Shown here piece after piece: positions 17,674 through 26,949 of a stretch of DNA of 32,000 nucleotides (its first letter is position 1; the number at the start of each line of letters is the position of its first letter). Location of the stretch: the NCBI RefSeq assembly GCF_000025945.1, contig NC_006138.1, forward strand, positions 2,190,001-2,222,000, given 5' to 3'. The notes under the pieces were generated by a model. That model worked only from the letters and a program-made list of their open reading frames with translations. It did no database searches and was not told where the DNA came from. Source of the DNA: Desulfotalea psychrophila LSv54. GTDB lineage: Bacteria > Desulfobacterota > Desulfobulbia > Desulfobulbales > Desulfocapsaceae. Made by a program: the position numbers and the translations under genes.

Positions 17674-20620
17674 GCAAAAGATCAGGGTTGTAACTCGTCC
17701 TGTTAAGGGGTAATTTAATCATAAAGGTAGTCCCCTCTCCTAGGACAGAGTGGGCGTCGAGTAAACCTGCATGTTGGTTTCTAACAATAAAGGTAGCTAT
17801 AGACAGTCCTAGACCCGTACCAAGCCCCTTGGGTTTGGTGCTGTAGAAGGGTTCAAAGATACGCTTTGCTGTTATGAGATCCATTCCCGGTCCATTATCT
17901 TTTATATTGATACTTATCCAACGAATATTCTGGGATATAGATATCTTGATCCGTTTTTGTAAGCGAGTGTCCTGATCTGTGCCAAGAGCATAGAGGGCGT
18001 TAACAAGAATATTAAAGAGTACCTGTTGTATATTTACCCGGGAGCAGGATATCATTGGCAGCTTATCTGCGAAGTCTCTCTCTATAGTTATTGACTCTAG
18101 GTCAATATTTTTTTGAATATCATGATCACTTTTGACGAGATCAATGGCAGATTCAGTGAGAGCGACAATATCTTCAAAGCTATATTGAGTATCCCCTTGG
18201 TGCCCAACTGAGAGCATATTTTTTACAAGTCCAATTGCCCGATATGTATACTCATCAATTGAATTTAAAAGGGTATTTACCCCCCTTTTTTCTAAATAGT
18301 GATTTAAGGCCTGCAAATCCAGACCAGACTCCTCCGCAGTGTTCTGATTTGCCGCAATATTTTCGAAAAAGCTCTTGCGAATTAATTGCATATTACGACT
18401 CAAACCAAGCAGGGGTTTGTTCATCTCATAGGCCATTCCAGCGGCTATTCCTGAAACAGAGAGCATCTTTTGGGATTGAGCCATAATGTCATCGATCTTC
18501 ACCTTTTCCGTTACATCATCAAGACGAATGACCGCACCCATAATCTTATCAGAGCTTAAAGGAAAGATAGTAATGGTCTCATAATAAATTGTGCCACTAC
18601 TGTTTCTTGGAATATTCGCCTTCTCAAAGGGGACTCTGGTATTGGTAACACCAATAATATTGGCCTTATATGCTTTTAGCCGGGGAAAAATTTCTTCAAA
18701 ATCTTTTTTTTCTATACTCTCAAGAGGTTGTCCAACGTATTTCTCTGTGGCTATATTACAGTAGGTGATTACGCATCTCTTATTCACCACCACAAAAAGA
18801 GATGGCTGAGAATCATAAATACTGTGTAGCAAAACCCGTAGTCTTTCCATCTCCAGTTGGTCATTATGCTTTGAGTAAACATGCCATAGACCGTTGAGTA
18901 CCAGAGATATTTGTTTACTATCCTGCTCATCGTACTTGCCATTTTTATTACACAGGCCAGCTATTATTGTCGGCGATGTACCATCAAGATGGGGGACATT
19001 AAGATAGTTCTTAATCACGACCCTGGCAGGATAAATCTCGGTATTGTTTTTTATGCTAGCTGTATTGTCGAAAAAGGTTCGTCCTAGCCGGGCAACCCTG
19101 GCGGGTAGGGAGTGACCGGAAAAACTAAAAACCTTTTCTATCCCTTCTTGTTTAGCAGAAAAGCCCTCTGTGGCTAACAGAGAGAGCTGTTTTTTTTCAT
19201 CATCGTAGAGAGCAATATAACCGTATTCACTATCGAGCATTGCAACCATTTTTTGCAGGGAAAACTGAGCAAGACCGACAATTCCCTCGGGAGCAATACT
19301 CCATAGTTGCAGCAGGGTCTCAAGGCGAAGTTCGTTTGATTGAAGAATTTTTTCCGTATTATTTCTATCTGCAATTATCTTATTTGCATAGAGACCTAAG
19401 GTTTCAAACTCTCTATAGGTAAAGGAGTCTCGCTTAAAGGCGAGATTCTTTTTATTTACCTGAACAAAAAGATCTGTGAATATATTAAATTCATTTCTTA
19501 TCTTGATTGAATAATGGCGGGCAATAAAAAAGACCAAAATAATGGTTAAAAACACGGTGAGACAATAAAAGACAATGCCATGAATAAGGGCATCTTTATG
19601 GCGATCCTCTGCTATGTTCAATGCCTCTTGCATGGCAGAGAGTTCAACACTGGCAACAATGGTCCAATTCCATGGTTGATAATTGGCTACATAACTCAGT
19701 CGTTGTACAGGATTACCAAAGTGATCAGGCATTTTATAGATCAGGAAGCCACTCCTGAGGCCCGTAGCACCAATTTTTTGTAGCTCCAGGCCATAGGAAT
19801 TGCCATCAATATCCTTTAAGCTACTGATAGACCGACCTGTGCGTAATTTATCAAAATCAATAACAGTACGGCCTTCCCCATCAAAACAGAGAAAATACCC
19901 CCCGTCACCAAAACGGCTACCCTCCATAATAGCAAGGGTCTTTTTTTGACCATGTCTGGCGAATTGATCAAGATAAACTCCTGTGCCAATAATCCAGTTA
20001 TAGGGTGAAAATTTTTTTATGAAAGAGATCTTAGAGTACTTGCCATCGCTGCTATTAGGCTTTTCTGCCAAATAGGAAAAAAATCCTGCGCCTTGCCCGT
20101 TGGTAATCTCCTTAAAGGCAGATAAGAGCGTCTTCTCAACGGGCATGTTTTCCATTTCCGGGCTACCAGCCTGAAGAACAAAGGTATTTGCTCTGGTATC
20201 GGTGATAAAGAAATATCCCCTGCCCATGTCCCAACGCATGGGTCTCAGAGCTTCACTAATCATCTGCTGAAGCTTTTTTTTAGGTATGGTTTCATTGTAC
20301 ATATTGTAAAAATGGGAGGTCAGGGTATAGGCTTCCTGGACCTGCTCCTGTACTTCTTTTTTCACCTCTTGCTCAACGAGAGACTCTTGCCTTTGAATAG
20401 ACGCCAAAATACCCTCAGTGGTATTTTGTAAGGCATGTCTGCTCTGGCGCAGATACTCCTCCTCGGTAAAGGCGAGTACGCCGGCATATTTTTTACACTC
20501 ATCAATAACCCAATAGGTTCCGGTGAAAAGATAAAGAACAAAAATAACAGTAGCGCTCGCCCAGAAGGGAGCTATTGAAAGAGAAGCCTTTACATCTCGC
20601 CTAGCCTTATTCAGTAACAT
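17654..20620 (-). CDS. multi-sensor histidine-kinase-like protein with a degenerate H-box; domain order TM, double Cache-like periplasmic region, TM, GAF, PAS, DHp, HATPase
   Basis: 988-aa ORF with two TM helices flanking a periplasmic region of about 330 aa that has Cache-like GYFF/GYFL motifs. A GAF-like and a PAS-like segment follow. The catalytic boxes are present: N (LFNILVNALYAL), G1 (IKDNGPGM), F (IFEPFYSTK) and G2 (GTGLGLSIA). The H-box reads AAGMAYEMNKPL, with Tyr where His is expected. Confidence 0.85.
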   Translation of the reverse strand: MLLNKARRDVKASLSIAPFWASATVIFVLYLFTGTYWVIDECKKYAGVLAFTEEEYLRQSRHALQNTTEGILASIQRQESLVEQEVKKEVQEQVQEAYTLTSHFYNMYNETIPKKKLQQMISEALRPMRWDMGRGYFFITDTRANTFVLQAGSPEMENMPVEKTLLSAFKEITNGQGAGFFSYLAEKPNSSDGKYSKISFIKKFSPYNWIIGTGVYLDQFARHGQKKTLAIMEGSRFGDGGYFLCFDGEGRTVIDFDKLRTGRSISSLKDIDGNSYGLELQKIGATGLRSGFLIYKMPDHFGNPVQRLSYVANYQPWNWTIVASVELSAMQEALNIAEDRHKDALIHGIVFYCLTVFLTIILVFFIARHYSIKIRNEFNIFTDLFVQVNKKNLAFKRDSFTYREFETLGLYANKIIADRNNTEKILQSNELRLETLLQLWSIAPEGIVGLAQFSLQKMVAMLDSEYGYIALYDDEKKQLSLLATEGFSAKQEGIEKVFSFSGHSLPARVARLGRTFFDNTASIKNNTEIYPARVVIKNYLNVPHLDGTSPTIIAGLCNKNGKYDEQDSKQISLVLNGLWHVYSKHNDQLEMERLRVLLHSIYDSQPSLFVVVNKRCVITYCNIATEKYVGQPLESIEKKDFEEIFPRLKAYKANIIGVTNTRVPFEKANIPRNSSGTIYYETITIFPLSSDKIMGAVIRLDDVTEKVKIDDIMAQSQKMLSVSGIAAGMAYEMNKPLLGLSRNMQLIRKSFFENIAANQNTAEESGLDLQALNHYLEKRGVNTLLNSIDEYTYRAIGLVKNMLSVGHQGDTQYSFEDIVALTESAIDLVKSDHDIQKNIDLESITIERDFADKLPMISCSRVNIQQVLFNILVNALYALGTDQDTRLQKRIKISISQNIRWISINIKDNGPGMDLITAKRIFEPFYSTKPKGLGTGLGLSIATFIVRNQHAGLLDAHSVLGEGTTFMIKLPLNRTSYNPDLLLNPGCS

Positions 20621-20621
20621 C

Positions 20622-21755
20622 CTATTGCACCTTCTGGAAATCTGGGAAGAGAGAGACGAGGTAAAGAGAATCTCTCCCTAGGGGAATCCTTTCAGCTAAG
20701 CGACAAATTTTATCATCAATCTTAATGTTTATATTCTTTTGGGCAGTCGCAAGAAATCTTTCTCTGGTAAGTCTTCCAGGTACAGCTCTTGCTATCTTCG
20801 TAAAGAGACGGCCTGCAATATAACCTTCCAATGACAAAAAACTTGGGCCCGTGTTTTCATCGATTAAAAGAAGAGCTTTTCTATAATTTTTTACCAGAAG
20901 GCTTTCAGCCCAGGGGAAGGGGACCACGGCAGAAACAAAAACGTTGGTTCCCAGTTTTCCCAAAGATTTCTGTAAGTCTCCAGGACTGGCAAAGGAAATA
21001 TTGCAATAAATACGATTTTTTCTGTTTTTGATCTTATCAAGCTTAATATATTCTGCACAGGGCGCATAAGATCCCACCAGTATAATAGCTTCAGGTTCCT
21101 GCTCATCTATAGTCTTTAATGCTCCTAAGACAGAGAGGGTATTTCTTTCATACTTCCCTTGCGCTACCAATTTGAGCGATTTTTGCCGTAATACATCTTG
21201 AACTGTTTGCAAATTACTCTTGCCAAAGCTATCGTTTTGGTAAAAACAGGCTATGCGTTGGACGCCCTTTTTTTCTGTAAGGAACTTAACAATATTTTCA
21301 ATTTCCAGGCGATAACTCGCCCGAGCATGCAGTATTTGTGGGTGTTTTATATCTCGTAGAGACACTGCTCCGGTATATGGAAATAACAGTGGTATTTGTC
21401 TGGCAGAGAGGAGCGGCAAAATTTCTTCTGTTGTCGGAGTACCCACATTTCCTATAAGCAAAAAAGCGTTATCGTTATCAATAAGTTTTTGTACATTAAA
21501 CAGTGTCCGATGAGGCTCATAACCATCATCCCGGCTCTTTAACAGTATATCCCGTCCATGCACACCACCCTCTGCGTTTATCTCGGCAAAGGCAGCGAGC
21601 AGCCCCAGGCGGAAGTTAAGACCGAGTCGCGCCGATTTTCCCGTAAGGGGCGCAGATTGGCCTAGGATTATTGGACTCTTAGCCTGAGAAATACCAGGTA
21701 AGGGGATGCAGAAGAGGAGTAGAGCAGACAGGTATATAATGATTTTGTTAGTCAT
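20622..21755 (-). CDS. periplasmic substrate-binding protein, Leu/Ile/Val-binding (type 1 PBP) family
   Basis: 377-aa ORF with a signal peptide (LSALLLFCIPLPGISQA). PIILGQSAPLTGKSARLG is typical of the LIV-type PBP N-terminus. Its stop lies 1 nt before the kinase ATG. Confidence 0.8.
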   Translation of the reverse strand: MTNKIIIYLSALLLFCIPLPGISQAKSPIILGQSAPLTGKSARLGLNFRLGLLAAFAEINAEGGVHGRDILLKSRDDGYEPHRTLFNVQKLIDNDNAFLLIGNVGTPTTEEILPLLSARQIPLLFPYTGAVSLRDIKHPQILHARASYRLEIENIVKFLTEKKGVQRIACFYQNDSFGKSNLQTVQDVLRQKSLKLVAQGKYERNTLSVLGALKTIDEQEPEAIILVGSYAPCAEYIKLDKIKNRKNRIYCNISFASPGDLQKSLGKLGTNVFVSAVVPFPWAESLLVKNYRKALLLIDENTGPSFLSLEGYIAGRLFTKIARAVPGRLTRERFLATAQKNINIKIDDKICRLAERIPLGRDSLYLVSLFPDFQKVQ

Positions 21756-21777
21756 AGTTACTGCTTATCATCTAGGG

Positions 21778-21912
21778 GGAATGGACAGGGGCTAAGGTGA
21801 ATTCCATATTAATGGTAAACTAATATACTCTTTTTGCGAGAAATTATAATAAGTAAAGAGAGGTAGGTGGATAATATTCTTACCTTTTGCTAGAAAAAAG
21901 TAAAAGGTAAGA
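21778..21912 (-). terminator. perfect 11-bp inverted repeat downstream of ndk (possible terminator)
   Basis: tcttacctttt (21778-21788) and aaaaggtaaga (21902-21912) are exact reverse complements. Caveat: these coordinates place the arms about 113 nt apart, which conflicts with the 13-nt loop I read, so the coordinates need recounting. No clean U-tract follows the repeat. Confidence 0.25.
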
Positions 21913-21995
21913 TCTTGAGGACAGGTAAAGAAGAATCATACCACTTGAGATAAAGGCTTTATGTCGCCCCTTCCTCTCTGATTTGGCAAGGTGGT

Positions 21996-22409
21996 CTACA
22001 GAAGCTCAAGGCCTGAAAAAAAGTACTCCAATTCAACGGCTGCCGTTTCAGGTGCATCGGAACCATGGGTTGCATTTTCACCTACAATGGTGCCAAATTC
22101 TCTGCGCAGGGACCCAGGTTTGGCATCAGCGGGGTTGGTGGCCCCCATCAGATCGCGCCATTTTCCTATACAGCCTTCTGCTTCAAGGACCATGACGATG
22201 CATGGGCCACTGCTCATAAATTTGGTGAGCTCAGCAAAAAAAGGTTTTTTATTATGTACGGCATAAAAACCTTCTGCCTCCCTTTGGCTCATGCACAGTT
22301 TTTTCAAACCAATTACCGTAAATCCTTCTTGGTAGATGCGGGCAAGAATTTTTCCCGCATTTCCAGCTGCAAATGCATCGGGTTTAATAATAGCAAAAGT
22401 TTTTTCCAT
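21996..22409 (-). CDS. ndk: nucleoside-diphosphate kinase
   Basis: 137-aa ORF with FAIIKPDA and the active-site NATHGSD. An SD (GAGGA) lies upstream. Confidence 0.95.
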   Translation of the reverse strand: MEKTFAIIKPDAFAAGNAGKILARIYQEGFTVIGLKKLCMSQREAEGFYAVHNKKPFFAELTKFMSSGPCIVMVLEAEGCIGKWRDLMGATNPADAKPGSLRREFGTIVGENATHGSDAPETAAVELEYFFSGLELL

Positions 22410-22535
22410 AATTTCCTCGCTTTTAATCCTTGGGGGTTAAAGTGATAAAAAAAGACAAATTTTCGCAAACTTATAAAGATAATTTGTTCCACCTGTAGCA
22501 TTCCGCAGGACAATTGTCAAGAATGGGCTAGTCTC

Positions 22536-23528
22536 CTAGAGACCTGTCAGAACAAAACGAAATAACAAAAAAAGAAGGCTTAACAAAAAAGTTGTGAAGA
22601 GAACAATTCGGTTTGCTTGTCGAATGTCATCCGGTTCTATTGCTCGAAGGGCATTACCTATGTAGGGCTTTTCTACAATATTGCCAAAATAGACACTGGG
22701 GCCACAGAGACGGATATTCAGGGCTCCTGCCAGAGCTGCCTCTGGATGTCCTGCATTGGGACTTGTGTGCTGGTATCGATCTCGCTTAAAAATCTTCCAT
22801 GCCTGAGGGCCGTTATAGCCGGCCATAAAGCTGATGGCCACAATGCCCAGGGCCGTACATCTTGCCGGCAGCCAGTTGGCCCAGTCATCGAGTCGGGCAG
22901 CTGCTCGGCCAAAGAGGATATATCTTTCGTTTTTATAACCCAGCATGGAGTCCATGGTGTTAATGGCCTTATAGCTCATGGCCCCGACAGAGGCCAAAAC
23001 AATCGCCTTTACTCCCAGCAGAGGGGCAAAGATACTTAGGGCCACTGCCCAAAAGAGCGGGGCGATAATGCCATCGGCAAGGTTTTCACCAACGGTCTCC
23101 ACCGTGGCCCTGATAATGGCAGGTCGGTCAAGGTTTTCGGTGTCGCGACCAACAATCCGTGCCAAAAGCTTTCTGGTTTTCGGCAAATCTTCCCCCTGTA
23201 TCAGGGCCCGATAAACGGCCATGCTCTCCTTCTTCAGATCCTTTATTGCCACCGTCGTATAGAGTAGTAACACAGCAGCAAAATCGGTGACTATCGGGGG
23301 AAAAATGGCAAGCAGGGTAAAAAAAACAGCCAAGGTAAGAATCACCAGGGTTAGTACCGAACAGACCGTGAGAACTCCTGCCCAGAAGGGTTGAGCTACT
23401 CTGGGTCTGTAAAATTTTTCCCAACGATTAATGGCCAAACCAATACAGCGCACGGGGTGAGGATAGCATGAGGGATCACCCAAAAAAAGATCGAGAATAA
23501 TGGCTAAGAGTATTTTTATACTGAACAT
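22536..23528 (-). CDS. cbiB: adenosylcobinamide-phosphate synthase
   Basis: 330-aa polytopic membrane ORF. The N-terminal LDLFLGDPSCYPHPVRCIG is characteristic of CbiB/CobD. It directly abuts the upstream stop. Confidence 0.9.
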   Translation of the reverse strand: MFSIKILLAIILDLFLGDPSCYPHPVRCIGLAINRWEKFYRPRVAQPFWAGVLTVCSVLTLVILTLAVFFTLLAIFPPIVTDFAAVLLLYTTVAIKDLKKESMAVYRALIQGEDLPKTRKLLARIVGRDTENLDRPAIIRATVETVGENLADGIIAPLFWAVALSIFAPLLGVKAIVLASVGAMSYKAINTMDSMLGYKNERYILFGRAAARLDDWANWLPARCTALGIVAISFMAGYNGPQAWKIFKRDRYQHTSPNAGHPEAALAGALNIRLCGPSVYFGNIVEKPYIGNALRAIEPDDIRQANRIVLFTTFLLSLLFLLFRFVLTGL

Positions 23529-26090
23529 TTAAAGTCCCAGAAGGTGGTAAATGGCATCCATGTCTACAGATTCGCGTACGGTTTTAGCAAGAGTTTCAAA
23601 GGCCCCGTCAAGGTTATAGGGTGCAAGTACCCTTCCCTCTCTGCTAAGGCCTTTTTTCTGGCGTAGGTCATCAATGAACAGTCGTCTGAAATCATCTGCA
23701 TCAAACATACCATGGAGATAGGCCCCCCAGACGGGCAGATTCTCTGCCTTGTGACCACAGTAGGACCCGTCATTAAAGAGAAAGAGAGGGGCGCTTTTAC
23801 CAACAGAAATGCCATGATGAATTTCATAGCCGTGGACGGCTGTTTGTGAGGATATATGATGACCGGTTTTACGTAATAATTTCTTGTCCTCTCCTATCTC
23901 GGTGCCAATATCAAGAATGCCAAGCCCTTCATCGCTGAGGCGGGCAGACTCTACCCCATGGGGGTCTGAAATTTTTCTCCCCAGCATTTGATAGCCGCCG
24001 CATATACCAACTACGGTGCCACCATCTGTGGCAAACTCCTTAATATATTCAACAAAGCCTCCCTCCTGTAACCAGCGCATATCCCCAAGCACATTTTTTG
24101 AGCCGGGAATAATGATTGCATCGCTGTTCTCAAGCTCAGTAACTCTCGTAACGATCCTGATGTGGACATCTGGTTCGGTTAAAAAGGGCTCTATATCTGT
24201 GAAATTAGAGAGATGCGGCAGAGAAAGAACAGAGATTACCACATGGTCGCCAATAGGTGGCAGACTGTCAAGGGCCCCGGATTTAAAGGAGACAGAGTCT
24301 TCTTCTGGAATACCGAGCTGATGAATATAGGGGACAACCCCAAGAACCTTTCTGCCCGTATGCTGAAGGAGATAATCGTGGGCTGAAGAGAGAAGGCGGG
24401 CATCGCCCCGAAAACGGTTTACCAGAAAACCGGCAACTAGGTCACGTTCCCACTGGGAAAGTACCTCCATGATACCCACAAAGGAGGCATATACTCCACC
24501 CCGGTCAATGTCCCCTACCAGAAGAACAGGAGATTGAGCATGTTGGGCCATACGCATATTGACAATGTCATGTTGCTTCAGGTTCACCTCTCCCGGCGAG
24601 CCAGCACCCTCAAGGATGATGGTATCATATTCCGCCGCCAGTTCATCGTAGGATTCCTGTACCTTATGCCAGGCCTGACCCTTATAGCGATGGTACTGAC
24701 CTACGCTCATATTGCCCACAGGCCTTCCCTGAACGATCACCTGACTGCCCGTATCAGAATTTGGCTTTAAGAGAATAGGATTCATTCGCCAATGGGGATC
24801 AATACAGGCTGCTTGGGCCTGTACCACCTGGGCTCGGCCCATTTCCCTGCCGTCGCGGGTGACAAAGGAGTTTAGTGACATATTCTGCGCCTTAAATGGG
24901 GCTACCTTAATTCCATCCTGGACAAGGATACGGCAGAGGGCGGCGGTGAGTACCGATTTCCCAGCATTGGAACAGGTGCCTTGGAGCATTAGAGCTGGTG
25001 TGGGTCTCTTTTCTCTCTTTTTTTTGCTCGGTACTGTTGCCAGCGAGGTACGCAGGGCTTGGAAGAAGAGATGGTTTTCCTCATGGGTGCGGACGGCAAC
25101 ACGAAAATAGCTCCTGTCCAGTCCACTAAAATTCTCACATGGACGAATGGCAAAGCCGGCCTGAAGCAGTCTTTTCCTGAGAGGCTCAACCGCCCCACCA
25201 TCTCGCAGACGGCAGAGATGGTAGTTGACCCGGGAGGGAAAAACCTCCAGGGCATCTAGTGAACTCAGCTCCTGAAAACAATCCCTGCGGGCAGCCTCCG
25301 CATAGGCGAGGCTCTGTTGCCTATAGGTCTCATCGGCAAAAAGGCGTTTACCCACGGCTTGGGCCAGAGTGTTGACCGTCCAGGGCGGTAGGGCATTATG
25401 CAGGGCCACTTTTAATTCTTCAGAACAGCTACAATATCCCAGACGCAGGCCGGGTAGGGCATAAAACTTTGTCATTGAGTTGAGGGTAATGACATTTTCA
25501 AATCGGCCGGCAAAGCTTGGCTCGTCTGCGATAAAATCCAAAAATGCCTCGTCCAGACAGAACCATACCTCTGGCATGGATTTGATAATATCTGCCAACT
25601 GTTCTGTATCGGGGAGGAGGCCGGTTGGATTGTTAGGCCTGGCGATAAGGGCAAGATCACCCGGTCGTAGAATTTTTTTTAAGCGCTCAAGAGAGAGTTG
25701 AAAACCGTTTTCCGGGGAGAGCTCCACGGGGACAATCTCCTGCCCCGTCTGACTCGCCGCATGATAGTAATCGATATAGGAGGGTACTGGAATAACGATT
25801 CTCTTACTGGGGATGATGCGTAGAAGGGCATAAAGCAACTCTGCTGTGCCGTTTCCCGCCACCACCCTCTTCTCGGAAATGCCATGGTGCCCGGCAATGG
25901 CCTGGCAGAACTCCAGACAATCGGGATCGGGATAATGAATGAGCGTTTCCAACTCATTACTGATCACCGGTCGTAACCATTCAGGGGGCCCCAGGGGGTT
26001 TATATTGGCACTGAAATCGATGATCTTTTGTTCAGCACCTTCGGCCTTTATTTTTCTGAGATTACCGCCATGTTCTTTTCTTTTAATCAT
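23529..26090 (-). CDS. fusion protein: threonine-phosphate decarboxylase (CobD-type aminotransferase fold) joined to cobyric acid synthase (CobQ/CbiP)
   Basis: 853-aa ORF. The N-terminal roughly 355 aa carry HGGN...IDFSANINPLGPP (CobD type). A linker PSKKKREKRPTP follows. The rest carries ALMLQGTCSNAGKS (CobQ N-terminal P-loop) and a C-terminal glutamine amidotransferase region (GICGGYQMLG). Confidence 0.85.
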   Translation of the reverse strand: MIKRKEHGGNLRKIKAEGAEQKIIDFSANINPLGPPEWLRPVISNELETLIHYPDPDCLEFCQAIAGHHGISEKRVVAGNGTAELLYALLRIIPSKRIVIPVPSYIDYYHAASQTGQEIVPVELSPENGFQLSLERLKKILRPGDLALIARPNNPTGLLPDTEQLADIIKSMPEVWFCLDEAFLDFIADEPSFAGRFENVITLNSMTKFYALPGLRLGYCSCSEELKVALHNALPPWTVNTLAQAVGKRLFADETYRQQSLAYAEAARRDCFQELSSLDALEVFPSRVNYHLCRLRDGGAVEPLRKRLLQAGFAIRPCENFSGLDRSYFRVAVRTHEENHLFFQALRTSLATVPSKKKREKRPTPALMLQGTCSNAGKSVLTAALCRILVQDGIKVAPFKAQNMSLNSFVTRDGREMGRAQVVQAQAACIDPHWRMNPILLKPNSDTGSQVIVQGRPVGNMSVGQYHRYKGQAWHKVQESYDELAAEYDTIILEGAGSPGEVNLKQHDIVNMRMAQHAQSPVLLVGDIDRGGVYASFVGIMEVLSQWERDLVAGFLVNRFRGDARLLSSAHDYLLQHTGRKVLGVVPYIHQLGIPEEDSVSFKSGALDSLPPIGDHVVISVLSLPHLSNFTDIEPFLTEPDVHIRIVTRVTELENSDAIIIPGSKNVLGDMRWLQEGGFVEYIKEFATDGGTVVGICGGYQMLGRKISDPHGVESARLSDEGLGILDIGTEIGEDKKLLRKTGHHISSQTAVHGYEIHHGISVGKSAPLFLFNDGSYCGHKAENLPVWGAYLHGMFDADDFRRLFIDDLRQKKGLSREGRVLAPYNLDGAFETLAKTVRESVDMDAIYHLLGL

Positions 26091-26159
26091 GAAACTACCC
26101 CAAATGTCATCCCTGCAGGCCTCTGCTTTTTTGCAAAGATGAGCAACAGGGACCCTGAA

Positions 26160-26933
26160 TTAACCTGCAATAAAGTTCATAGAAAAAAGTAACGCCATAA
26201 GCATCTCTGAAATTTCAGTGATAGCGCCCAAGGTATCCCCCGTTGCCCCACCAATTCGACTCTTACAAAAACGGCCGAAGAGATAGACGCCCGCGCATAT
26301 CACAAGGAGGGAAATAAGAGCAAATTTCAGGGAGATAAGAGAGAGCAGGCAGAAGAGAAAAGCCGTTGCCAGGATGCCTAAACGCAAGCTGTTGGGGGAA
26401 TAAAAGAGAGCTCCCAAACCACCTTCCGGGCGACAGTAACGCTGAGTTGCCATTGCCATAAGCATGGCGCAACGTCCAGCCACGGGGATGAGCAGGGCGG
26501 CGAATGCAAGGTGGAGGGGAGATATGGAGGCCAGGCTGGCGTACTTGACAATCATCAGCAAAACAACGCCGACAAGTCCCATTGCCCCGGTATTACTGTC
26601 CTTCATGATTTCCAGACTGCGTTCAGCAGGACGGGCTGAGAGCAGGCCATCACAGCTATCTGCCAGACCATCCAGATGCAAAAATCCTGATATCCCGGCA
26701 AAGAAGACCAGGAGCAGAGCAGCCACAACGGGCTGGGGCAGGAGTATGGAACTGAGGCAGACCACAATAACCGCCAGCAGACCGATAACAAGACCTACCA
26801 GAGGAAAAAAAGGAGGTGTCTTGTTAAAGTACTTTGCATCATCCCCCGCCCACCACCGCACAGGCAGAATGGTGAGAAAACGAAGGGCCACACAAAATAT
26901 ATGGCAGTTTTTTTTGAGCTGATCAAGCACCAT
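26160..26933 (-). CDS. cobS: adenosylcobinamide-GDP ribazoletransferase (cobalamin synthase)
   Basis: 257-aa polytopic membrane ORF with LRFLTILPV near the N-terminus and a DGLADS motif. An SD (GAGGTGG) lies upstream. Confidence 0.9.
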   Translation of the reverse strand: MVLDQLKKNCHIFCVALRFLTILPVRWWAGDDAKYFNKTPPFFPLVGLVIGLLAVIVVCLSSILLPQPVVAALLLVFFAGISGFLHLDGLADSCDGLLSARPAERSLEIMKDSNTGAMGLVGVVLLMIVKYASLASISPLHLAFAALLIPVAGRCAMLMAMATQRYCRPEGGLGALFYSPNSLRLGILATAFLFCLLSLISLKFALISLLVICAGVYLFGRFCKSRIGGATGDTLGAITEISEMLMALLFSMNFIAG

Positions 26934-26949
26934 CCACCTCTTCTTTAAT

